From Eledone cirrhosa (taxonomy: Eukaryota), in the NCBI GenBank assembly GCA_964016885.1, contig OZ024742.1, forward strand, positions 325,810,001 to 325,874,000: a stretch of 64,000 nt of DNA, written 5' to 3'. Positions 1 through 10,139 of the stretch are shown one piece after another. The stretch's first letter is position 1, and the number at the start of each line of letters is the position of its first letter. The notes beneath the pieces were generated by a model. That model was not told the origin of the DNA, made no database searches, and saw nothing but the letters and a program-made list of their open reading frames with translations. The position numbers and the translations under genes are program-made.

Positions 1-718
1 CCATGTCTAGGGCTTCTCCGAGGGCGTCGTCGCACCTGCTGCGTACCAGCCCTCTATAGAATGTTGCGGTGGAGTCTCCACTGATAACCGGATCCGCCTG
101 CCAGAGGGCGGTGAGCGCCTGGGCACACTCAGTGTGCCAGGCGCCCAGTTTTCTCGGTCTTTGCTTGACCCAGGATTGCAGCTCGGTGAGTGAGACGAGT
201 CTGGGAAAGGTTCGTCTCACAAACGAGGCCCACACCGGTTGTCCGGTGAGGAATACGTAGAGGTGCCGTAGCCTTAATGCGTGTTTACGCATCATTAGCC
301 ACGGCATCCCCAGCCCTCCTTTCGAAGGGTGTTGACAGCAGATGGATCTCCTCACCATAGGAGCCCGCCTCTTCCAAAGGAATTGGAAGAGCGCGCGCTC
401 CATCTTGGTGAGGGTTTCCCTTGGGCAGGGCACTACGGTCAGGCGGTAGTAGATGACGGACGCTATGTAGGTGTTCGCCACCTCCGCCCGACCTTTCAGG
501 GATAGTTTGCAACTGGCCCACTTCTGGGTCAGTGCAAACACCCTGTTCGTAACCTCCGCCCAGTTTTTCTCCACCTGGAGGTCCGGTCCGAACCAGACCC
601 CGAGCAACTTCACCGGGCCCTCCGTCCAGCGTCCGACGACGCTATCGGAGGGCATCGGTCTGCCCCTCCACGTGCCGAGTTGCAAACCGATCGACTTGTC
701 CCGGTTCAGCTTAGCCCC
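1..718 (-). mobile_element. Tx1/L1-clade non-LTR retrotransposon ORF2 fragment (RT C-terminal part), 5'-truncated, runs off the window start
   Basis: Manual minus-strand translation from 718 gives GAKLNRDKSIGLQLGTWRG...VKLLGVWFGPDLQVEKNWAEV...LSLKGRAEVANTYIASVIYY...PSKGGLGMP, which are typical L1/Tx1 post-YADD motifs. It has no ATG, so it is absent from the ORF track. It abuts a (GATA)n tract. Confidence 0.85.
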
Positions 719-1451
719 TAGATAGATAGATAGATAGATAGATTAATAGATATAGATGTATATTATTATGTGTGTCAACATATACTTGTGTATGTATGTT
801 TGGGAATATGAACGGTTTAGCGTGTGTACTTTCTTGGGCGTGCATAATTACGATACAACGTTGTCAGTCCGCCAAGGTTTTTAAATGCACAGGCCAGATG
901 TTAGCCCACCTAAGACGTGGACGTCTCAGATCAGTTACATAATAGGGTTATGGCTCGTTACAATGCAGAGTGGTAGAAGGAAAGGATATGGTTTATTTGG
1001 GTGGTGAGAATGAGTATTTGAAATTGAGCCGCTAACATTATGCACAAAATCATGAATGCACACACAAAAACATATACGCATAAACACACAGAGAGGCATA
1101 CACGCTCGTACGCAAAAAACACACACATGCACACATTCTGAGGCACACGTTTTTATATGTAAATGGAGAAGTTAAGCGCTGTGTCTGGTAACAAAAATTC
1201 CCGAAGATAGTCTGTATTTAAAATACGAATTTATTCTGGATTCAACTACTCACAGACTTCACGCACACTCGTCTACCAAATCTCTCTCTCTCCCTCTCTC
1301 TCTCACTCTCTCTCTCTCTCTCTCTTTCACTCTCCCTCTCTCTCTCTATATATATATATGTGTGTGTGTGTATAGGAAAATGTTCAAGACCCCGACGGCA
1401 GATCCTTCGTTATGGTCTACCTGGTTCCTTACCACACTTCCTTCGTTATAT

Positions 1452-1494
<43 letters not shown>

Positions 1495-1706
1495 TTAAAA
1501 GAAAACATTTTGAATGAGAAAACAGATACGGGTCGGAGCAGTTAATACAGCTCAAAATATGAGATTTAATCGAGTAAACTAATCAGAAATCTACATACAA
1601 GTCTAGTTTTATGAACTCCTTATTTTAGACGTTTAGGTACACTCATAGAGCAAATATTACTTTGAAAAGAAAACCAACGACAGTTATTTGTATTACATTT
1701 TAATTA

Positions 1707-1790
1707 ACTTACGTTTCGTCCACTTCATAAAAAATATAATTAATTATTAGTTAGTCGATTATATGAACAAATGTTTGGATTCATCAGAAT
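1707..1790 (-). ncRNA. Type I hammerhead ribozyme motif (long stem II, short stem I)
   Basis: Minus strand reads att-CTGATGA-a-tcca..ttcata.../...tatgaa-g-tgga-c-GAAAC-GTA-agt. Confidence 0.65.
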
Positions 1791-1824
1791 ACAAAATGAG
1801 AAATCTAGGGCTATTAAACGCCAC

Positions 1825-2462
1825 GACACAGGTATGAGACAGCGAACGCATGTGGTGTGGTGTATCGGATTTAATGCAACAATTGTAAGGAGTGTCACAT
1901 TGGTAATATGACACGACCACTCCACTCCAGCATTAAGGAATACCTCAACACACACGCATCCTCGTTCAAAAAAATCTGTTAACAAATGTTGAACACCCCA
2001 CCCCACCCCCAGCAAGAACAGAACTATCAATATTGAAGCGAGAGAGAAAAATATGGGCATTTAAGAATACAGGAAGTCTTGCTTATAAGTAGACACAGGC
2101 CACAAACCAATCACAGAATATAACAGAGCACACAATACTTGGCATGACCCACACATACACACCCACACATACACACAGCAACCTAAACACAACAAGGTAC
2201 ACAAGAAATTCGCTTCCAGGTAACAATAGATCCGTCAATTGCTTCTCGTTGACACTTCAGCAAACGTCAAAAAACACTTGAGAACGGTTTAAATCTATGT
2301 ACAAAGCGAATATACTACGAAGGGAATATTAGGATGAACAAAGAAAAGATTACAATGTAACAAACTTTCCTTGCTTTCATCTTACCGTCCATTTTACATT
2401 GTCATATCCTACATCACTTTCCACATTATATATTATATACAATGCTTCAAGCAAACTATAAT
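1825..2462 (+). mobile_element. Decayed 3' end of a PLE (GIY-YIG endonuclease relic plus 3' UTR), related to the 32.4-36.9 kb element
   Basis: Broken frames read VYRI*CNNCKECHIGNMTRPLHSSIKEYLNTHASSFKK and LRIQEVLLISRHRPQTNHR, which align with the C-terminus of ORF 34831..36375. The terminal motif acaatgcttcaag..aactataa is shared with the reverse complement of about 32439-32462. Confidence 0.75.
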
Positions 2463-2470
2463 ACACACAA

Positions 2471-2501
<31 letters not shown>

Positions 2502-2718
2502 GTAATAATAATAAATGCCAAGATCCCGTTCAAGGTGAAAGCAGCGATTCTTTGCTTAAACTTTAATCTGTTATTGTAATATAAATATATATATATATCA
2601 AAGGTATATATTGAGTTAGGAACTCAAAATAGTCTCTTTCAATAAAATAGCTCCGAGAACACATATATGTATATATGCATATATGTATATATCTGTGTTC
2701 GTTTTTCTTTTATATTCA

Positions 2719-2749
<31 letters not shown>

Positions 2750-2752
2750 CAT

Positions 2753-2784
2753 ACCTGAGGAAGGGCTTATGCCCGAAACGTCGT
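2753..2784 (+). ncRNA. Minimal hammerhead ribozyme in the left pseudo-LTR
   Basis: ac-CTGAGGA-a-gggc-ttat-gccc-GAAAC-GTC-gt. Stem I is only 2 bp. Confidence 0.75.
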
Positions 2785-4272
2785 CCCCCACTTACCCCCA
2801 CTCTCCTGAGCGTGAAATTAATAAACATTTATTGTACTGCCTCTCTGTTTTGTCCCTGTTCAAAAAATGTTTTCCATTATATATAATACACGCTCACACG
2901 GCTTCCATCCTTGGAACATAACTTAACAACCGGCTCAACCCCGATCTAATCCGCCGTGACCTTTCTCCGAACTTTACACACCTTCCCACGCTTGGTCTTT
3001 CCTTCCACGCATTACCTCTGTTTAATTTTGCTACCGTACATTTTTTTTCCGTATAAGATTCTTTGCCTGTGTTCTTACAATTGTATTTCTATGATTTTTT
3101 GTTCACGATCGCCTGTGTTTTTACCTTTATGATTTTTTGTCTTTAATTTTCCTGTGTTTACTCCCCCCTCCCTAAGTTTTTCTGTTTCATTTTCCCTTCC
3201 CCGTCTCTGCCTATCCTTCGCATTCACCCCTTCGTTCACTCCACCCCGCTTCACACTCCTGCCCTCTCATCCCTCCCCCTACTTTCACCCAACGCCCATC
3301 ATGCCCAACCTGAGATCCTTTCTCCACCAACTACACAATCGCCTCAAACTTTTCCTCACCCCCTCCTCCCACCCTGCTATCTCCCCTCCGCCCTTCAACT
3401 CTTCTACCTTCTCTTCGCCAAAACCCGGCACTCCAGCCACATCCATTTCCCCACCCACTGCCTCCGCCTCCACCTTATCCCCCTCGGCTTCCGTCTACAC
3501 TTCTACCCCTCCCCCGCCGCTTCCCCCTCCACGCAACGTATCCTCACCCGATCCTCACGCCTCCTGATGTGCAACTCCATCCGCGCCTCCCGTTCCACCC
3601 TCCGCCTACTTGACCACCAACTGACCCCCACCCTCCTCCGCCTTTACTCCACCTGCCACTCCCTCCTCGCCCAAGCCATCCTCTCCTTCATCCACAACCT
3701 CAACCACAAACTCTTCTCGTTCCTCAGCTCCACCAAAGCCCGCAAGCTACACTCACTCCCCCCCCCCATCCACCACCAACCACCCATCCCCATACGCCCA
3801 CCACTCTCCACCTCTCCCCCGACCCCCCTACCCAATCTCCACCATCCACCCCCCAACACCCAAACCCCACCCCTTGTTGTCACCATACCCCCTGACCCCC
3901 CCTCTCCGCATCTGAGCTCTCACTCCTTAGTAGAGGCCTTCGCTTCATACCCCACACTCCGCACAGCGACGAGTTCCGCACCCGAACGGAAGTCGAGCGA
4001 TTCGTGCGACGCACTAAGCTACAGGCACATTTCAGCCGAACGCCACCGGCTCCGGACGCTGGGCCGACGACCATCTTCTTGGACAATTAGCAATTTAGCA
4101 CCCTGGACGCCTTCGTCGATGCCAGCCGTAGCGCAGTAAATCGTTTCGACTTCTGCCACCCTTCCAAACGGCACAATATCTCACGGGGCGAACTCCTCGC
4201 TCTCCGCTCCCTCCGTAGCCGAGATGACGGGGGTAGCCATGGGTAGTCACGGGGGTAGTCACGGGGGTAGCC

Positions 4273-5449
4273 ATGGGCACAAGAATGGGCCCAAACTATG
4301 CCAACCTTTTTGTTGGCCATGTTGAGGCCCAAATATTTGCCCAGTACACCGGCTCCACGCCCGAATTGTACGGTCGTTACATTGACGACTGTATCGGAGC
4401 CACGACCCTCAACCGAGAACAGCTCGACTCCTTTCTCTCCTTCTTCTGCTCCTTCCACCCCTCCCTCCACTTCACCACCTCTATCTCCACCACCCACGTC
4501 CACTTCTTAGACATCTCCGTCGCCTTCGACCCCTCCCATCACTCCCTAGTCACCTCCACCTTCTTCAAACCCACCGACTCCCACTCTTACCTCGACTTCA
4601 CCTCTTCCCACCCCACCCACACTAAACACTCCATTCCCTACTCCCAACTTCTCAGGATCCGCCGCCTCTGTAGCAGTGATGCTGACTTCGAGTCCCAGGC
4701 CCTTTCCCTAGTCAGCCATTTCATCCACAGAGGTTACCCCCCCTCTCTCGTCTACACCGCTCTCACCCGCGCCCGTGCTGTCCCCCGCTCCACCACCCTC
4801 GCCCCACGCCACCGCACACCCACCCACCGTCTCCCCTTCCCCATCACATACAACCCCTCCACCTTACCCCTCCACCGCACCATCCGCCGCCTCTTCCGAA
4901 GCCTCCAGTCCGACCCCTCCACCTCCCACATTTCCCAACCCCACCACTCCCCTCCTTCAAACGCGCACGCCATCTCCGCGCCCTCCTCGTCCACAGCTCC
5001 CTACCCCCCAACCCACGCTCTGTCCCCCCCCCGGTTCCTTTCCCTGTTCTAGGCCCCGCTGCAACACCTGTCCCCACATCACCAACACCACCACCTTCCA
5101 GGGTCCCAACGGCCACTCTCTCTCGGTCCGGCATGCCTTACGCTGCACCTCCTCCAACCTAGTCTACGGACTTTGCTGCACGGAGTGCAGCGCGACGTAT
5201 GTCGGACAGACGGGACGTCGCGTGGCGGACCCAGTCACGGAGCACCTCCGGGATATTCGTCTCGGGGGCAGTTCCCCCATCGCCCGCCACTTTGGTGGCC
5301 CTGGACACTCCGCACGCCATCTCACAGTCTGTGGCCTACTCCAGTGCCACGGAACACCCGCCCATCGCCTTACGGTCGAAAAACGAACTATCTTCATCTT
5401 ACAGACCCACACTCCCCCCGGCCTGAACTCCCCACACTTATTCCTTTAG
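4273..5449 (+). pseudogene. PLE reverse transcriptase (C-terminal half) plus GIY-YIG endonuclease, split by a frameshift near 4930
   Basis: ORF 4273..5052 carries the RT and thumb motifs. ORF 4775..5449 carries the Cys linker and GIY-YIG domain. Confidence 0.9.
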
Positions 5450-6950
5450 CGTTCGACCCCCCCCCACACACACACTTATCCCCCACTAACACCACTAACA
5501 CACCCCTCCTTTTCACCGCCTACCCCACACTAACAATACTAACACCTCCACTCCACCCCTCATCTGACCACCCTTCCCCAACTAACATACTAACATCCCT
5601 TCCCTCCCCTCTTCTCCTCCTCCCCGCTCCTTATCACACGCACACACCCACCGGCACATATATACACGCACTCACACTAAACACACACCCTACTACCACC
5701 ACTAACCCTCACCCCCACACCTCTCACCCCCACACCTCCATCCCACCACCCCGCAACTAACCTCACTAACACCCCCTAACCCCAAGCACACGAACACACG
5801 CACCCACTTACACCACCCACGCCACACGCAACTAACATCACTAACACCCCTCAACCCCGCGCACACGTGCCCACACACCCTCGTACACCAACTCTACACA
5901 CCCTACCACCACTAACCCCCACTCACACCTGCATTCAACCCCTCCCCACCTCCCGTATACTAACACCCACTAACACCTCTTCATCAAACTACACACACAC
6001 CAGTACACCACACTCCCTCCATAGAACCACACACACCCTTCTCTCCCCACTCCACCCACACCCTCGCCCCACACTCACTCATCCCTCTAACACCCCTACT
6101 AATACACACACACACACACACACCCTCCTCACTCCAACTTGCACACCTACCCATCCTCGCCCCCTACCATTCCACTGACTGCTGCTGTGCCCGCTGGCCA
6201 CCTCCCAGCACCAACAGACCACAGCATTCCCACTGCTGACCACTTCCTGTTGCGCGCGCACCCCACATCTCTCCTCTTCCGACCACCACTTCATGGATTA
6301 CCCACACGCAGAATTTGACTTAGAAACAATCTACTAACATCCTTGGAAATTGCCAACTTTTCAACCATCCTCTTGCGCAATCACCTATATAACTCACCCG
6401 CACACACACCCCAAAAAAAATGTTTTCTCCACACGCCACCCACACCCACAACACGCTTAAAGCCCACACACACGTGCTTCCCACCACATATTTACACCCT
6501 TAGCCTCCTGATTCCTCTCCCCCCACCCCCTATCCACACACGCACAGACACTCCGACCCACAAAAACACCCCCCACACACACCCCTTCCTGAACATGCAA
6601 CCCCGTTTTTCCCCCAACCCTTACTTTCACATACACACACACGCACACCTACACACACACACCACCTTCAGCCCTCCCCGCTCGGACACCCCGTCTCCCT
6701 CTCCCCACTCCACCCGCCACCACCCCTACTCACCCCCCACCCTTCCACCACCTGTTTACCCCCATTTTAATTTCAGTTTATTTTGATCATGCCTTTATTT
6801 TTAAATTTTCTCATTCCTTGTATTTTGATCATGCTTTATTTTTATTTTTTATCTTTATTTGTATTTTTTCATTCGCACCGTTTCCTTTCGCTATATGTCT
6901 CTCCACCACTCCCCTACACACCTTTTGAACTCTGTTCCCACACACTTCTC

Positions 6951-6982
6951 ACCTGAGGAAGGGCTTATGCCCGAAACGTCGT
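6951..6982 (+). ncRNA. Minimal hammerhead ribozyme in the right pseudo-LTR
   Basis: Identical to 2753-2784. Confidence 0.75.
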
Positions 6983-7202
6983 CCCCCACTTAACCCCCAC
7001 TCTCTTGAGCGTGAAATTAATAAACATTTATTGTACTGCCTCTCTGTTTTGTCCATGTTCAACATTTTTTTTCCATTATATATATATATATATATATATG
7101 CATAGATACATAGTTACATACATGCATACATACGTTTCCATCATCGTCATGAATTTAACGCCTGGTTTCTCTGTTAGAAAACGTTATAAATATATATATA
7201 TA

Positions 7203-7274
<72 letters not shown>

Positions 7275-7683
7275 GAGAGATAGATAGGGACGGGGAGAGA
7301 TACAAAGATCGAGAAGCGTATATAAACGGGGGCGGGGCGTAATTATCCCTGCATATACGTGTGTAAATATTAATATGGAATCGCTATTTTCAACCATCAT
7401 AGAGACAATGAGATATCGGTTTCCTTCCAATCCCAGTGATATATACAGAAGTCTGGCGACATTCTTTTATTTATTTATGTGTGTTTATTCACTTATATAT
7501 TGGTAATCGTTTTACTTTAGAACACGAAATAATATTTCAATTATTTCTGGATATATATTAATCCTACTGACAGTTTAAAACTGATTTGAACACTGTAAGC
7601 GACTGATTGTCTGAGTCACTGTCTCTCTCTTACACACACAGACACACACACACAGACAGACACTCCCACACCCACACCACAAA

Positions 7684-7718
<35 letters not shown>

Positions 7719-8025
7719 AGTGAGCGTGTGTGAGGCTGTGTGTATGCATGTAGAAGATCCTTAGTAATTTCATGCATGACCGGTATATGATAAACGATTT
7801 GGAAACAATGTCGTGACAGACAATTATCCATACGAAACCGCATGCATATATACATATTATATATATATATATATACATGTGTGTATGTGTCCATGTGGGT
7901 GTGCGTGTTTTAAACAAACTATTATGTGCTGTCTTTCGACTTCCTGTGAAACAATGCTTAATATCTTGACTTTCAATATGTATACATATAGACAAACAGA
8001 AACACACAAATACACCCAAATACAC

Positions 8026-8055
<30 letters not shown>

Positions 8056-8056
<1 letters not shown>

Positions 8057-8182
8057 ACAGAAAAAAAGAGAATCAGTGTTGCAACGAATGGAATTTATTG
8101 GACATATTACAATCGTTTCTCCGGCGACCAGCTCGTGGCACGATCGATATGTGATGATCGAACCTGACTCTGAAGGTCCTCA
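8056..8182 (-). mobile_element. Solo pLTR-like fragment with a 5'-truncated HHR and AATAAA, between (TA)n tracts
   Basis: Minus strand reads TGAGGA-(imperfect long stem II)-GAAAC-GATT-GTA-atatgtcc-AATAAA-pyrimidine tail-(TA)n. Confidence 0.55.
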
Positions 8183-8217
8183 TATATATATATATATATA
8201 AATATATATACGTACAC

Positions 8218-8277
<60 letters not shown>

Positions 8278-8325
8278 CAGTTTTTGATTTAAACTCGGGA
8301 ATACTATATTCTCCGAGCGAGAAGA

Positions 8326-8407
8326 GCTTTCTGAAGAGAGTTCCCTTCGCCATTTAAATCCGCTTTGATTATCCGTTTGTTTTGGAACTTGAAACTGCGG
8401 TAAAGGC
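8326..8407 (+). ncRNA. Type I hammerhead ribozyme
   Basis: gcttt-CTGAAGA-gagttcc...ggaactt-GAAAC-TGCG-GTA-aaggc. All three stems pair. It lies in a ~330-bp ORF-less module flanked by (TA)n. Confidence 0.85.
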
Positions 8408-8643
8408 ACATAAAGTAAGTACAGCGAATTCTTTTTAATTTATTTTAAAACTTTTTCTCTACTTGCTAGACCTGGATTTTACATGTTCTGGCTTGTTGAT
8501 TTATTAACCCGCCATAGAACCACATTGGCATACGGTTGGTTAATACTTGTATCCCTATATGTATTTTTTACACGTAGAAACACATACTTTATTATTATAT
8601 GTATATATATATATATTTATATATATATATATATATATATACA

Positions 8644-8724
<81 letters not shown>

Positions 8725-8726
<2 letters not shown>

Positions 8727-10103
8727 ATAAAATAAGTCCCTCATCAGTGCTTTGCCGAAGATCATAGATATTTCATTGCATTAAAAATCATATATCTCAC
8801 TCCGGTGCAATAATAACCAAAATAAGTTATTAGGACAATTAAAACGCGTAAAGCGAGTGAGACAGGAGAACAACAGAAAATATAGCATACCGTAGGGGAG
8901 AAACAAGCTTCAAAAATTATTCTGTTTAGCATAAGCTAGGTGAATATATGAGCGCTTAGAGAATAGTACCTACACGAACGAGGGCTATTGAGCAGAGAGA
9001 GAAAAAATAGCGTTCGTGAGTGCAGGATGAAATGAAGAGAAGAGGGAGAAAAACAGTGAGTGAGTGAAAGTGTGAGGAAGAGTTAACGGACAAGACAGAG
9101 GGGGAGAAACAGAGAGAATGGGGGAACAGTAAGAGAGAGAGAAAAAACACAGAATCGCAGTGGTAAATATATGTATTAAAATATAGAGAAAAATACTGCA
9201 GGTAACACATGGTAACATGTAATAAAATAAGTCCCTCATCAGTGATTTGCCGAAGATCATAGATATTTCATTGCATTAAAAATCATATATCTCACTTCGG
9301 TGCAATAATAACCAAAATAAGTTATTAGGACAATTAAAACGCGTAAAGCGAGTGAGACAGGAGAACAACAGAAAATATAGCATACCGTAGGGGAGAAACA
9401 AGCTTCAAAAATTATTCTGTTTAGCATAAGCTAGGTGAATATATGAGCGCTTAGAGAATAGTACCTACACGAACGAGGGCTATTGAGCAGAGAGAGAAAA
9501 AATAGCGTTCGTGAGTGCAGGATGAAATGAAGAGAAGAGGGAGAAAAACAGTGAGTGAGTGAAAGTGTGAGGAAGAGTTAACGGACAAGACAGAGGGGGA
9601 GAAACAGAGAGAATGGGGGAACAGTAAGAGAGAGAGAAAAAACACAGAATCGCAGTGGTAAATATATGTATTAAAATATAGAGAAAAATACTGCAGGTAA
9701 CACATGGTAACATGTAATAAAATAAGTCCCTCATCAGTGATTTGCCGAAGATCATAGATATTTCATTGCATTAAAAATCATATATCTCACTTCGGTGCAA
9801 TAATAACCAAAATAAGTTATTAGGACAATTAAAACGCGTAAAGCGAGTGAGACAGGAGAACAACAGAAAATATAGCATACCGTAGGGGAGAAACAAGCTT
9901 CAAAAATTATTCTGTTTAGCATAAGCTAGGTGAATATATGAGCGCTTAGAGAATAGTACCTACACGAACGAGGGCTATTGAGCAGAGAGAGTAAAAATAG
10001 CGTTCGTGAGTGCAGGTTGAAATGAAGAGAAGAGGGAGAAAAACAGTGAGTGAGTGAAAGTGTGAGGAAGAGTTAACGGACAAGACAGAGGGGGAGAAAC
10101 AGA
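8725..10103. repeat. Tandem repeat with a 495-bp unit, about 2.8 near-identical copies
   Basis: tcatcag recurs at 8741, 9236 and 9731. The duplicate ORFs at 8956 and 9451 are offset by 495. (TA)n lies at both ends. Confidence 0.97.
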
Positions 10104-10139
10104 TATATATATATACACACACAGACGATTCTTTAATAT

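Larger units (their letters stand above)
2753..7078 (+). mobile_element. Penelope-like retroelement (Neptune-like), internally deleted and frameshifted, with ~126-bp direct pseudo-LTRs
   Basis: Direct repeats at 2753-2880 and 6951-7078, each with an HHR and AATAAA. N-terminal motif LSASELSLLSRGLRF. RT motifs GVAMGTRMGPNYANLF, RYIDD, FLDI and KPTDSHSYL. Cys linker CSRPRCNTC. GIY-YIG motifs LVYGLCC..YVGQTGR..PPGLN. (TA)n lies on both sides. Confidence 0.93.

Noticed and set aside
2270-2296. KTLENGLN peptide resembling a GIY-YIG C-terminus
   Set aside because: It lies in sequence that aligns with the non-coding 3' UTR of the 36.4-36.9 kb arm, so it is likely chance.
5173-6786. P/T/H-rich ORFs downstream of the GIY-YIG domain
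   Set aside because: They are a by-product of the C/A-rich, stop-poor PLE 3' UTR.
8725-10103. CRISPR-like array or duplicated membrane-protein genes
   Set aside because: The whole 495-bp units are near-identical with no unique spacers, and the hydrophobic ORFs come from CT-rich sequence.
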